A stretch of DNA of 64,000 nt from Camelus ferus. Lineage: Eukaryota. The stretch covers positions 76,138,001 to 76,202,000 of the forward strand of contig NC_045697.1 of NCBI RefSeq assembly GCF_009834535.1, read 5' to 3'. Below, one piece after another: positions 37,151 through 51,034 of the stretch (within the stretch, counting starts at the first letter, position 1; each line of letters opens with the position of its first letter). Made by a program: the position numbers and the translations under genes. The notes under the pieces are model-generated. The model was not told the DNA's origin, searched no databases, and saw nothing but the letters and a program-made list of their open reading frames with translations.

Positions 37151-37849
37151 TCCTTATTACCAGAGAGCTGGTTCAGGCCTCAGGCTGGAGCATCTTGCTA
37201 GAATTACTAACAGTTGTTTTGTTTTCAGTATACTTAGTTTTCGGTTACCGTCTGTGTATTATGATAATTATTTTCTATTTACTATTGTGTTATAAACGGA
37301 TCCATTTAAGTTTAAAAAATGAGTCTATTTAAGTATAATGTTAATTAAATAGTAAGACTAGTGGTAAAGGGATTTGACAGAAATCATGGACTTAAATGGC
37401 TGAAGTTTGGGGACCACCCAAACTTTTTGAGCCACGGGTTTTTGAGCTTTGTGGCATGTCTGGGGGAACCAAAAAGCTTCCCGCCATGCTTCATGGGACG
37501 CTTTTACAAAACAGCAGTTAGTAATATGTAACAGCAATATTATTTTCTGCCATATTCCCCATAAAGTTGGCGACTTCCCTTATGACTTTAAATGCTTGAG
37601 CATTTTGAATAAAGTTGCTTCACCAATATAATTTTAAAATGTTATTCCTTTTTTGCATGTTGCAAAATGAATATTACATCTTCTTCTTCCTCCCTTACCC
37701 CTCGTCTCTTTTCTAGGAGGAGAAGGAAATAGCTATCATCCATAATCTCAATTCTCAGAAATAATTACTGTTGACATTGTGTTGTATTCCTTTCTGTTCA
37801 TTTCTAATAATATACATGAATGATGTACTGAACCCATTCCAGTAAGTCT

Positions 37850-38500
37850 CCCTGATTACTATGGTGACCAAAGCTCGTTTTCACTTAAGTCAGATGACTT
37901 GTTCCCTCACAGCATTGGACACTTCTGATCCTTCTTGAAGTCTGTCCTGCCTCACCTACTGCGACACAGCCCTCCTCTCTCCCGTCCGAGGTCGGCTCCT
38001 CCTCATCTCCTTGTGAAGGCCCCCATCTCTGAGCATTTCTTACATGTATGCCTTCCTCTGCTTCTCCCTGAGTGATCTCACATCACGTGAAGTCTTCTCC
38101 ATACTTGCTTTTTTAAACCAGGTTTCTCTCCTCAGCCCCAGACCTGGGACCTCCTTGCCTGAATGTCCCATGGTCACATCAAATTCATGTCCAAAATTAT
38201 AATTTCCCCCCACAAACCTGTGTTTCTTCCATATTTCCAATCTCATTAATTTAAGCCAAAATCAAGGAATCATCCTTGACTCCTCCCTGTCACCCTTCCA
38301 CCGATGAGGAGCCAGGTGCCCTCTTCTCCACTCTACAACACCGCCTCCATGCAGGCTCCTGTGGTCTCTGAAAGAAAGACCTGCCGCAGGCACTGGGGGA
38401 GTCTGCCTGCCTTCAGCCACCCCCTCCGCTCCCTTGTACCAAGAGTGATTTTTTAATACAAAATCTGATCATGCCACTTTCTTGCTTAAAACACTCTTCA
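37850..38500 (+). mobile_element. L2 LINE fragment
   Basis: Second degraded L2 segment (cagcattggacac...aaattcatgtccaaa...caaaatctgatcatgccac...cttgcttaaaac). Confidence 0.7.
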
Positions 38501-41500
38501 GTGAAAAATCCAGATGGGTAAATAGTAAACTGTTACCTCTAAGGAATGGACAGGATCATTTGCTTTTTAATCTGTGCACTTTTATACGACTTGACTTTTC
38601 TTTAACAATGAACATGTTATTTTTCCAGTTAAAATGAATGAAGGGAAAACACATGAACACCCCCTGCTGCTTATAAGCAGGGGGCTAAATATTCACTCTA
38701 CTCTGCTGCTGACTCTCCCTCAGGCCTCCTGTCTCCTGCATTCCAGTCTTATGCCATATGGGTCAGGCTTATCCTATAGACTCCAGATATTCTGAACTTC
38801 CAAGCCTTAGCTCATGCTGTTCCCTCCATCTACAGTGCCATTCCAGTCTTTGCTGACAGTCTCGTACTTAAACATCCTATGTGGCTCAGGTTGTGTCAGC
38901 TTTTCTGTGAAGTATTTCCCCACCCTAGGAGGCATGGCGGCACTTCCTTTGTTCATCACCTTGAAACTTTACCCTATGGAGAGTCTACTCTGGGGCCCAT
39001 GTGATGTTTACACCTTTGCCTCCTCCGCCTATGTCCACAAGTCTCTTGAGAGCATGGACTGTGCCTCTCAGCAAGCCCTTAAAAAACAACATAACAAAGT
39101 CTGTCATTTACTGAGCCTCTTCCTCCCTGCTGTACACCCTGTGTCTCATATATGTCATTTCCAATCCTAGAAATAATCTGCAAAGCAGAGTAGCTCCATG
39201 TCAGAGAATGAAAATTGAAGCTCAGAGCTAGGCTAAGGGTCACCCAGATGGTCTGTGGCGGAGCTGGGAATTGGAGCCTGTGCCCTATGCCGCCTCTGAA
39301 GGACAGCGTTGAAGGCGGGGACGGTGTCTTACAGTTATCTCACTGGTAGCAACCAGCGTAAGGACGGCTCAGTAGTCCATCAATAAATATGTCACCGAAT
39401 AATTTAGAAGGATAGTAGTCCATCTCACTAAGAAGTAGTTTACCAGGTCTGTGACTTAACCTCAATCCTTTCTCCATGTATTTTCTGAAAGAGATGCCCA
39501 AGGACACTTCAAGGACCACAGAGCAATTTGCAGGAATGGGCAGTCTGTATCTACCCTTGGGTAATCTGCCCTGGCTGGATTGTTGGTAGTCATTTTAAAG
39601 TTGTTTGCCAGGTTCATTACATAGGAGCATGTCCCTGGGAACAACAACTTTGTCCCTGAATGAGGCGCAGACACAGACAACAGCTCTGGGGGTGGAGACT
39701 TCACCTCAGGGAAACAGCTTTTAAGGGAAGAAAGGTGTAAATGCTGTGGGAATCCTTCTGCAGGCCTGGATGGAAGGCCGTGGGCTGCTGAGCCCCCTGA
39801 GCCTAGAAGTTGTGTGCAGGTGTGTACCTGTGTGTGTCGGGGGTGGGGGTGGATGCCACAACTGCAGAGGACAGCGAGACTCCCGGCAAGTCAGAGCTGG
39901 CAAGGGTGGGGACGGTTTGTGCCAACCTAGCCTGGCTCAGGGCTGGGCGGTGGGGGGAAGGTCGTCTCAGAGAGTCCCCCAGCTCCCCATAAACGTTCAG
40001 CCTGAACAAGGCTGGCGGTGAAGTAGGAATGTGGCAGGGAAAGTGGAGGCCCTCTTTCTGGAGGCATGTGTAGGGGCACAGCAGTTCTGTGAGCCCAAGA
40101 GAAGAATAAAAAAAATAAGTACACTTAAGTCAATTTAAAAAACGTACATGGAGCCAGCTCTGAGGCTACAGAGGTGGAGACCTAGCTCCTCCCTGGAGTT
40201 TACGTGCTAGTGGTGGAGGCAAACAGGTAAACAGAGAAACAGCATGGTGCTGGGTGCAACGGGCAGGTCTGCTAGCACACTGTACGCATAAAGGGTGAGT
40301 GGAACTCTGTGCAATGTTTTATGCAAATGTGGAGTGCCAATCGTATTATGTTTATGCCTAGCGCTCCAGCACTTAAAGATAAGTGGAAACCAAACTTGGT
40401 CAGGTTGCTGTTGGGAAGCTGAAGGCTTCCTGCTGAACAAACAGTGTTACTTTTTGCTATTCAGGATTTGGGCCACACAGTGCTTTGATCTAAAAATTTG
40501 AGTAGATAAGGAATGAATATTTATTGTTTTTATGAGCATTGTTTTGTATGAAACAAATTTGGGGGAGTGGGAAGGAATAAATATTTGGGACAGCAAACAT
40601 TTAAATGCCAGTAGTTAATTTACTTTCTTACCTTGATTTACAATGGCAACATTTGGGTGGAGAGCTGAAAAGAAGGAACACTCTTTGTTCTTGTTTTATT
40701 TAGAATTTCTAAGGTCTAAAGGAATGTTTTTATTGCAAGTACATAAAGTAATGAGAAAAACCCCCAAGGATTTAAATGCCATTAGAGAAGCTTAACCTCA
40801 GGGTGTTAAATGAGCAAAGGATATTCTAGCAGATTTCTTTTGAATTTTTTTCCTTCTTAAATACCTTCCAACTTCAAATTTGTTGTCATAAGAAAGAGGG
40901 AGAAAAGGGAGTGTTAAAAAGGGGGCAACAATAGAAAGCACCTGAGACTCCAGGGGAGTGGACTCGGGGCCGCGCAGAGCGAGGAGGAGGGACGGACCCC
41001 GGGAGGTGGGGGCCAGGGCTCAGCAATGTCCCGCATGGCATGGGCGGGAGCTGGCTGGCTTCGGCGGCTCCTCCAGCACAGGATGGCCCGCTTTGTGCTT
41101 TCCCTGACTGGGTCCAGCCGGCATGACTAAACAGTCAGCGGCTTGCGGGTCTTGGGAACCTGAAATCCTAAAATCATGCTTAGAGTTGATGTGATGCTGA
41201 ACAAGGGTCGTGTAGAGGGAAGGCATTTGACAGGCTCAGCGGCACAGACGTTGGCTCCGGAGGCTGCAGCACACCGCTCGCCTTCATGAGATGTTATTTT
41301 CAGAAAAGAAAATAGTCCTGTCTCTGGGACTTCGCCACGCTAAAATATTGTTCTGAAATTTAAAAATATTCCAAAGTTTCATCATCTCCACCAGTGTTCA
41401 AAGGGCAGAAAGACCCCCACAGCTTGTATTTTTTCGGGCCTAATGTCTTATTTCAAACTTGGTTTTCCCGGTGTTTTGTTTCGCATCACCATCACAAGCA

Positions 41501-42119
41501 GCATGGAGTAGCCATGGCAATGCTCGTAGCATTTGTGTGTCGGGCTCTGGGCCGTGGTGCCTGCCGTGGGCGTCGTCACACTCGGGAGCAAGGAGGAAGA
41601 TGACATCAAAGAACCTGAAGACCGAGCACATTTACTTTTCTGATTCTAATGACTTTGTTTGGAAGAGAGTAAACACAATTACCTTAACAACTGAGCTGGG
41701 AGGCTTTGAGGGTTTAACACTGCATTGTTTTCCTAGGGAGAGGGTGGGGACCGCTGAGGAGCAGGGATAGAGGCCTGAAGAGCCCGGTAGTTTAGTTTTT
41801 GTTTGCACTGTCTTCTCAGAAATGCCTTTGAGTAGTTACAGGACATTTGATGGAGTTTTCTTATAAAATTAACTTGTTTATTTTCCTTATTTAAAATGGA
41901 GTTAATGTTCATCATTAAATAATTCGAGAAGCCAAAAGAGAAACTTTACAAAGTTGTCACCAAAATCATTTTCACGTATTGTCTCCCTAGCCAGCTGTTC
42001 CCCTATACAGATTTAATATCCATGTATAAGTACAACTCCCCACCGCCAACAGCAGCGTGTTGTTCATTGTTTCTTCATTTGCTTTCTTTCCTTTTTATTC
42101 TGGGGCCTTTTACTCTCAG

Positions 42120-43430
42120 ACCCTATAAGATTGCTTCGTTCTTTTCATTTGCAGCATAGTATTCCCTTGTGGGTGTTCCCTAGTTTATTTAACATGTCCT
42201 CCATTGATAGATATTTAGATAGTTTCTAATCTTCTGCTATCACCAACAATGTGGTAATTTTTATTCTTGTAGTTGTGGGATTTTGCAATCCTGAGAGTGT
42301 GCCTGGAGGGTAAATAACTAGACTTGGAATTGCTAAGTCAGAAGGTGTGAGCATTGGTGGTTTTGTTTGGAATTGTATTGCCTTGCTTTACATAAAGATC
42401 ATATCGATTTATACTCCCACTAGTCATTTATGAGAGTGCCTATTTCCTCACATCCTTTGTAACACGGTGTGATATCAAACTTCTGGATCTTTGCCAATCT
42501 AGAAGGAGAAAATAGTGCCTTAATGTAGTTTAATGTGTCCTCTTATAAGTAAGGATGAGCATCTTTGCCTAAATTTAAAGAGCTTTTATACTTCCTATTC
42601 TGTAAACTGTATATGTTCACATCCTTTTGCCCATTTTTCTGTTGGTTATTCTTTTTCTTATTGATTTGTTATAGTTCTTTATATATTAATAATGGTAGTT
42701 TTCTTTTCTGGGATATGAATCACAAACATTATTTACCATTTTGCTGTTTGTATTTTATTTTGTTTATTCCCCCCGCTGCACTATGCAAAAAATCTTTATT
42801 TTTATGTAGTCACATATCCAGATCTTTATCTTTTATGACTTAAAGAGACTTTTCTCAAAATAGGTTATTTTAAAAAATCCTTCCATGTTTTTATCTATTT
42901 GTTTATGAATTCGTATTTGATATATCTGGGATTTATTTTGGTGGAAGATGTAAAGTAAAAAACCAGCCTTACGGTTATTTTTTCCATATTGCCACCTGCT
43001 TGCCTCAATACTGTTTATTAAATAATGCATCTTTTCATTAATGTTTTGAAAAATTATTATATATATTAAATTACTTCAGGGATTTAGGTCTATTTCTGGA
43101 CATTCTGTTTTATGTCATTGATCAGTTAGTCCAGTCAAAGTCAGTACCACTTTGTTTTTAAAACTGTAGTTTCATTATGTACTTTAAAATCTGGTATTCT
43201 TTGTTCCCTCCTATTACTCTTTTCCCCCCAAATGTTCATGGATATTATTTCTTGCTTATGGATGTTGAAATCAGCTTTGTCTAGTTCCCCCACAAAAACG
43301 GTTAGCCTTTTTGTTAGAAACAAAATCTTAAGTTTAAGATTGATAATGGGGAGAATTGAGTTTTAGGATATTAAGTCTTTATCTAAGAACATGATATTTT
43401 TTGCTGTTTTTTCCAAGTCTTCTTTTATGT
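42120..43430 (-). mobile_element. Old L1 fragment (ORF2 3' region)
   Basis: T-rich antisense L1 texture: gtttatttaac...ggaattgct...atttatactcccac...atgagagtgcctatttcc...ggtctatttctggacattctgtt. Confidence 0.85.
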
Positions 43431-43779
43431 CTGATAGCAGATTCTTTTAATACTCCAGTGAAGAGAATCTCTCCTAATGAAATGCTGGCACGAGGATAAG
43501 CTTCCCAGAGTTATCCAGACAAGGCAAGATTTTGACTAAACTGTTGTATATTTCTAATCTTTGAGAATCATCTTTCTCTTTATTTAAATATACACAATCA
43601 ATGATTTTGCATCTGTATGACCAGATTAATAACATAAAAAATTTTGCAAGATTAGCCTTCATGGTTTTCCCCTTTGGATATGATGAGAAGCCAGAAAGAT
43701 GATTTTCTGATCTCTAGCACTGCATGCTCTCTCTCTCTCTCTTATTTTTATATTTAAATTTTACTTAACTTTTTAAACC

Positions 43780-44040
43780 AAATCTTTTATTTTGGAATAA
43801 TTTTATATTTACAGAAAAGTTTCAAAGTTAGTGCAGTGTCCTGTGTTCCCTTTACCCACTTTGTCTTACTGTTAATATTTTAAATAACTCTGGAGCATTT
43901 GTCAAAACAGAAACTAACATTGGTACGTTGCTTTTAACTAAACTCTGTAGAATTTATTCAGGTCTCACTAGTTTTTCCATTCATGTCATTTTTCTGTTCC
44001 AGGATCCAATCAGGAAGCCACATTGCACTTGGTAGTACTG
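43780..44040 (-). mobile_element. L1M 3' end fragment
   Basis: ttttattttggaataattttatatttacagaaaagtt...ctaacattggtac...ttttctgttccaggatccaatc...cacattgca. Confidence 0.75.
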
Positions 44041-44236
44041 CTCTTTGATTAACCCACAGAGGGAGGCAGAAGCCTTGCTCATTGCAGTCTCTGGGGTTAA
44101 CCGTATAGGCTCTTGTATGGCTGGAGGAAAACCCTGATGACCACAGAATCAGATCATGTGATCTCATGTTGCAGCCTTTCTGCCCTACATGTGCCTTCCT
44201 GTATTTGCACTGTTTCATTAATTTAACCTAAATGTC

Positions 44237-44258
44237 TGTGTGTGTGTGTGTGTGTGTG
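44237..44258. repeat. (TG)n microsatellite
   Basis: Read directly. Confidence 0.9.
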
Positions 44259-46889
44259 TTGGGGGTGGGGAATAATATAAAGACAGATCAAAATTTCTTT
44301 GTGCCTGTATAATGTCTCCCTTTCAAATGCTATTGATAAGGTTGTCATACAGATTTCAATGAAACCATTGCTTGTTAAATCACTAAATGGGTTCTTTTTC
44401 AGTATGGGTTTTTTTCAGTGGTTAAAAGCATGGAGTCTTACAAATCTGGGTTCAGACCTAACTGGGATACTTACTAGCTATGTAAATCTTGGGCAAGTTA
44501 CTTAATGTCTCCAAGCTTCGGTTTTGTCATCTATCGATGGAATGATCATGGAAACTTCCAGAGCAGAGCCCTTATTACAACAGACGTTTCTAACAGAACG
44601 TAGTTTGTGCACACTGGCCGTCTCCCATTCTCCCTGTTCTCAAATAAGCTTCATATCCAGCACATCCCTCAAGACCACAGCTTGGTGTTAGCAACATAAT
44701 TTTTATGCTGTGAAGGAAAAGGTCTGAGAAGAAGTTTCCGTAATACCACACACTATTCTAGCCTCTCTTTCCATGCATTCTGTTTTATTCTGTACTCAGC
44801 GCTGGGTTCCTGGCTGTGCTAGTGGGAAGGACGGAACTCGCTCGGATAGGCCTGGAGGGTGGAGGAGTGTGGAGCAGGGAGGATCTCTTCCCTTCTCTCA
44901 GGTGCCTCCGCGTGTGAGTGTCCGTGCAGGTGGGCGTGGCCACGAGGCCAGGTGGCCCCGGCCGGGGCAGAGCTCATAGCCGATTCTGGGTGCATCTCTG
45001 GCCCACGGTTCTGTGGCTGTGCAGGCCCTCAGACAGCCTCCGCGAAGGGTAACTTCAGGTACTTCTGGATACCACGTCCCGGCTGTGCTGCCAAAGGGAA
45101 ATTTTCTGGTTTACCTGGGAACATTCAGAAAGAGCCAGAGGGCGGGGGCAAGCTCCTTCGTCAGCCCAAGAGACCATCCTGAGCCAGAAGGAGAGATTCT
45201 AGCTTGGAGTGTTTCTGGGAGATTCACTGTAATTAACATTTTTCAGTCAATGCTATTATCACTGCGAAACTTGACACATTTTGCAATATGGAAATAAGTA
45301 TTCCTGGCTTTACATATAAAGGCCTTCCATCTCAGCTCGCATATTTCTTTACCTGGAGGTGATGCTAATGATTTCTTCTTTTTTTTTAATCTTATTTTTC
45401 TATTGTAGTTATAAAATCCTGTTATATATATGTATATATAAATTGTTATTGTTAATATTATTTCAGGTTTTCAATGGAAAATTCTTTATGAGGAAAATAG
45501 AACCTTAAGTTATGAAGTTGCTCCCTTTTCTAATGATGTGTCCTTAATAATGTTTTGAAATATCTCATAGATAAACATAGCCTCCCTCAAGCCTATTTAG
45601 CAACAAGATAATCCCCAACCCCAGTATAATAAATAATCCACATAAATAAATATCTGCAGCATTCTTGTCCACATACATACTGTTCTGTTTCAGGGTCAGG
45701 GGCCCAAGAAGAGAGAAGGTTGATTTTTGGTGTACTGTGTCTTTGAGGAACAGGCTGATAAATTTTTTCTTTGCTGTGGCATATTTAGTGGCGGATACTG
45801 CTTTACATTTTGACTGCTTCTCTACGAAGCTGGTGTATGGATCTTTACATCTTTGAATATGAATGTAAATTATCATTACCCTATTATGGAAAAGAAAGAA
45901 GTCTAAAACGTACATTTTTTGCACTGCTTTCTTTTTCTTTTTTCCAGGAGAACCAGTTTGGCTATTAAAGGAAACTCTCTGTACAGAGCAGAGCCAGAGA
46001 AGGCAAGGTTTCAGAGAGAATAGCTGTTTACCATCAAAGCAAGCTGGGTCCCACACAGACACGGTGTATTACACACAAAGACGAAGGTAAGTGCCCCGTG
46101 GTTTTCACGAGTAATTTACGGCGCTTATATAAATGCACCAGAGCTTCTAGAATTCTTACTGATCATATTACTTGCTTTTCTCTTGTTAAACAAAAGCACC
46201 AAATAACCAAATGTCATTAAAAAAATGAGTTTTCTGGATTCCACACCCTCCTCCCTCATAGCCTGATGCTTCTGTGTGTCCACATCTATGTATCAGAGAG
46301 GAGTGATTTGTTCCATGTGAGAAATGCCAATTTGGTGATGCCACATAATGAAAATTTACTAACCTTTTATTTATCAAAGTGTCTTTCTCTGCTCAGTTTT
46401 AAAAAGCAGGGATTTCACTTGGAGTTATATATTTACTGGGTTAATTTATATTTTATAAATATGTGAAATTGTTAATTCATTCTATCTGTAGCATGTGTGG
46501 ACCCTGAAGCTTATGGCGGTGCTGTTATCTGTTGTAGGGATGCAAACGTGCTCTTTGATGTGTTATTCTTAGGGACTGGGAAGGATAAAGATGGAACACT
46601 CATTGGGCCCAGCTCTCCAGATGGGCTGAAAATGCAGCAGTGAGTTATGTGCGTTTCCACGGAGCGGGATGGTAGCTCTCTCATCTGTACTGCGCTGTAG
46701 ATAACGGGATACTTCAGGGAGTAGCCACTCAGCCATTCCTGCTCTGTGCCTGTCTAGGACGGGGCGCTGGACATCGCCTGTCCACAGACACCGCCTCCTG
46801 CACGTGCTTGCTTCAGTAAGCTGCCCCCGCATTGGCTGTGTGGAATGAGGTGCACTACCCAGGAAAAACGCCCCATGTGAATAATAAAA

Positions 46890-47040
46890 ATAATAATCAC
46901 ATACAGTGCCAGCGTATGTCACATCCTGTTCTAAATGCTTTATTTCTATTAACTCACTTAATCCTTACAACAACCCTGTAAGATAGGCTTTTTAGTATCC
47001 TTGGTTACAGATGAGGAAACTGAGGCACAGAGGGGTTAGC
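46890..47040 (-). mobile_element. MIR SINE
   Basis: gttctaaatgcttta...tattaactcacttaatccttacaacaaccctgtaag...ttacagatgaggaaactgaggcacagag. Confidence 0.85.
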
Positions 47041-47149
47041 TGTGTACCTCTCATTCTCTGGCCCCAATCCTGTGTTGTTTAGGTGGATGCAGACTTATTC
47101 TTAGCATAGAGGTTCATTGTTGGTTTCCCCCCTTGGGACTTTTTTCTTT

Positions 47150-47780
47150 TTATCAATCCATTCTTTCAGTCAATGTGTTGAGAGATACTATGAGCAAGGC
47201 ACTGTGTTAGGGTTTGAGGATACAGCCAAGACCAAGTCAGGCATAATGGTGGCCCCACAAAGCTACCAACCTGTTGAGAATGACAGACATCAAACAGATA
47301 ATTACAACAGATTATAGTGATGGTTGGGGGGAAACTAGGTGCTATGGGAGAGCAAAGCAGGGGATCTAATCCTGTCTAAGGGGTCAGAATTACTTCCCAG
47401 GTAGAGTGAGAATTAGCCAAGTGAAGAGACAGGAGAAAATTGCTCTAGGCAGAGGGAACTCCAAGGGAGAGCAGGTAGGAGTTCCGTGAGATAAAGTGCT
47501 GTTTGAGGAACTGAAAAACTAAGGTCAAGTCTGGAGCGTGGATTGGAGGGAGAGGGGGACAGGGAGCCACTGGAGAGGCAGGCTGGGGCAGAAGATGAGG
47601 GCCTGGTAAGCCATTGAGGGCTTATAATTTCAACTCAAAAAGAAGCCTTTAAAGGTATAATCAGGGAAGTGATGTGACCGAATGCTCACCTTCATAAAGA
47701 TCTGTCTACTGCTTTGTGGAGAATGTCCTGAAGTGGGGGGCATAACTGGGACAGGGAAGACCAGTTAGATGGCTGTTGAG
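47150..47780 (-). mobile_element. L2 LINE 3' fragment
   Basis: Antisense L2 3' end: ccattctttcagtcaatgtgttgag...ctatgagcaaggcactgtgttag...gctgtttgaggaact...agaccagttagatggct. Confidence 0.75.
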
Positions 47781-48295
47781 TACCCCCAACCTTTGTTGAT
47801 ACTTCTTTTGAACCCCTTGGGGAAGCTGGCAAGTCCTCTCCTCAGTCTGCAGATACGCGGTGTGGTAAGAAACCTTCAAAATGCCTAAGGCCATAGTGCC
47901 TAATCCACCAAAGGCCAGTGAATATGAACGTTCTTGGTTTACATAGCTGGGTCAGACAGACATATGGTTCCTTGTGCTCAACTGGGGAGAGCTGTGGAGA
48001 AAGAGAGCCCAGAGACAAGGCCTTTGGTTGTTTGAGCACTGTTCATTCATTCAGTCAATAAGCATGTCGGCATTCAATTTTCTGTCTAACTAATTGACAG
48101 TTACCATTTCAAGTGTGTTCACCAGGCACCGTTCTATGCCTTGATGTGGATTATCTCATTTATTCTTCATCACGGCCCTCTGAAGCAAGTGCCTTATTTA
48201 TTCCCCTATTTCTAGTTCAGGAAGATAGGCAAGGAGCTTAAATTACTTGCCCAGGCCATATAACTAGTAAGAGGAGAGGAGCCAGGTTTCTACTG

Positions 48296-48319
48296 TATGA
48301 ATGAATGAATGAATGAATG
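48296..48319. repeat. (ATGA)n repeat, L2-tail-like
   Basis: atgaatgaatgaatgaatgaatg next to an antisense MIR. Confidence 0.85.
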
Positions 48320-51034
48320 CACAAACCCACCACTTCTCCTGTTTGCCTCTAATAACGTGTGAGGATGCTACCTGATTGTGAACAATCTCCACTGTCTTTG
48401 TGTTAATTAAGCAGCTGGTGGGGCGCACTCATTCTACCATCCATGGCATTGACCCTAGAATGGAGAAAGTGCAGCCATTGACCTTTCTATATTGGGGACA
48501 GCACATTGCACATGATTAGCCAATTTAAACAGGTTTCTGATAAGAAGACAGTTTCTGTAGGGAAAATGAATATGTAAAAAAGGCCATACTCATTTTTAAG
48601 GAATTTGTGGTTAAGCTGAAATACACATTCACCCACAAAGGATAACAATATGCTCAAAACCAGCTAGGGTCATATTATGACTTTTTGTCTTAGGATTTTT
48701 TCCCTTTGTGAACTCTTTCCTCCATTAAAAATATTTAAAATGATATTCTACAAATACAGGGGTACAAAGATGTATATAATCCGGGCTGGGTTTATTATTA
48801 TTTTATTTTTTCTTATTTTAAAAGAAATTAACATTAAAACATGTTTGTGGGCCTCTAGGTACTATGCCGTTGTGCCTTATGTGTAAATTGGTCCTGTTTC
48901 CAAATAAGTGACAGTAAGAAAAAAGTCAGAAGAGGAAGAGATTGTTTTGATCTGAACTATGGGTCTGAGGGATTCAAAGTTAGCCAAAAAGAAGATACTA
49001 AGTGGTCAGTTTCTTGGATGAGCAAAGATGGAATGGGCACTGAGTAAAGTCCAGGGTGTGGTGGGAAGGAGGGGAGACAGGTGCATGGTGAGAGAGACTG
49101 GAGATTCCCTTTTATCTGATGCCAGATGTGGAGTTTGGGAGGAGATTGCTTAAAAGCACTGTGTAGGGAGGGAGACCAGCATGGGCCAATGTGGGCAGGG
49201 AAGTGCCCAAGGGAAAGGAGGGATCAGGCCAGGACCCTGAGAGTCAGAGGGTAGAGTCGGGTAAGGGCAGGTGTAGGGCAAGACTGTGCAAGGCAGTCAG
49301 AAAGGCAAATCAGAGCAGGAGGATGTGGTGATAACATGAATTGTATCATTCTCCATTCATGGACAGTTTTGCAGAAAAGAAAAATTCCTAAATGCTGAAA
49401 GCCAATTCCAGTCTCTGCTTGGATGGCGTCTACTATGCAAAACACACAGCTGAGCCCCAGAATCAAAAAGGTGGGGCAGGTCATTTTAAAGTTACATGGC
49501 GAAGGCCACCAACACAGGGAGGGTTAAAGAACTAGCGTCATTAAGATAATCCTCTATAGGGAGTAACGTGATACAATCCCTATGTTAAAAGGACTATGCC
49601 AGTAGCTGTGTGGAGAGTAGACTTCGGGAGCAAGGGTGCAACAGGCAGGAGCCTATGGCAAGACTGGAAATGACAGTGGCTTGCAGTAGGGTAGCAGCAG
49701 TGGAGATGGTGAGAACAATTGAGTTCTGGATATGTCTTGAAGGTAGAGCAGACTTGCTGATGGCTTAGCTGTATGATATGAGGGGTAGAAAGGAATCACA
49801 GATGACTTCTAGGCTTTTGGCCTGAGCAAGTGGAAGTCACTTTCTTTGAGGTTCCAATAGTCCAAGAAGTGATTGGTGGCATGGTGATCACATGATTACA
49901 TGGGTTCTCTTTGTGGTCAGTCATGGAGCTGTACGCCACCTGCATTTATTTGTGTGCTTTTCTGTATGCATGTTGGCTCCCATTTTAAAGACTAGGAAAA
50001 TAATTGGTAGAAAGGTCCTCAGTAAACACTGGAATTCAACCTCACTGTTTCCTCTAACTCGTTCCTCTGTGACTCTTCAAGGATCTGTTGCATTTATTCT
50101 TTCTCTCCTTCTCCCTTGTTTGTGCTTCAGTTCAGACTTCTTGCCCGGACAACTGCAATGGCACTAACTTATCCCACTGCCTCTGGTCCCACTGTGGCAG
50201 AAAAATTTTTATAAACTACTAGTACGATCATGGCTCTTTCCTGCCAAAAATTACTCCTCTGTAGAATAAAGGTCAAACTCTGTTGTTTATGATGCGAACC
50301 CCTCTCAGGTGTGGCTTTTTCTTGCCTTACCTAATCTTGCACTGCTTTCTCCTTCCCACTCAGCATTACAGCCATCACAGCTGTTTGCAGTTTACTTAAC
50401 ACCCTGGGCTTGTGCACAGCCATTCCTCTACCTGGGTAAGACCCCACTCAATTACCCACCCCTCTGTGATGCTTTCCCAGTGTTCCAGGCAAAGCCTCAC
50501 CACCTCCTTTGTGCCAGCACTTGACTTTACACTTCCTTCCATGTATTATTACAAATAGCATACTGTATTGTAATTATTTTTAAAGCATAGTTTATTTTCT
50601 TTTTCCTACTTAAGAGACCTGAATAAAGTGAGAGAACTAGCTGTTTGAATATGACCTATACAAAAAAGTAATAGAAAGAAGGAAAAAACCCCCAAATCTC
50701 ATCATTAAAAAATCTTCCCTTTTATTCTTTTCTTTCAATCTTTCTTTCAAGGCTTATTTTAAAAACGTAGTTGGAAACACACAATGTAAATTCTGTATCT
50801 TGCTTCTTCATGTACTATTTTAACAATGACTTTCTCTTGATATTTAAAAATATTTCATGTTTTTATGGGAAACCTATTTCCATGTTATTTCTTAGCACCT
50901 CTACTTCCTTATCTGTGGGTTTTATCTTACATGTGTTACTTACCTATAAATTTATTAGATTTAGTGTTTTTATTGATTTATTTAAGATTTTTCTACATCA
51001 AAAATATAAAACATTTTCAGTTTAAAAATACCAT

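Noticed and set aside
45128..45150. Possible CTCF site (gagccagagggcgg); similar partial match near 62364
   Set aside because: Mismatches at key consensus positions; cannot be supported without a motif scan.
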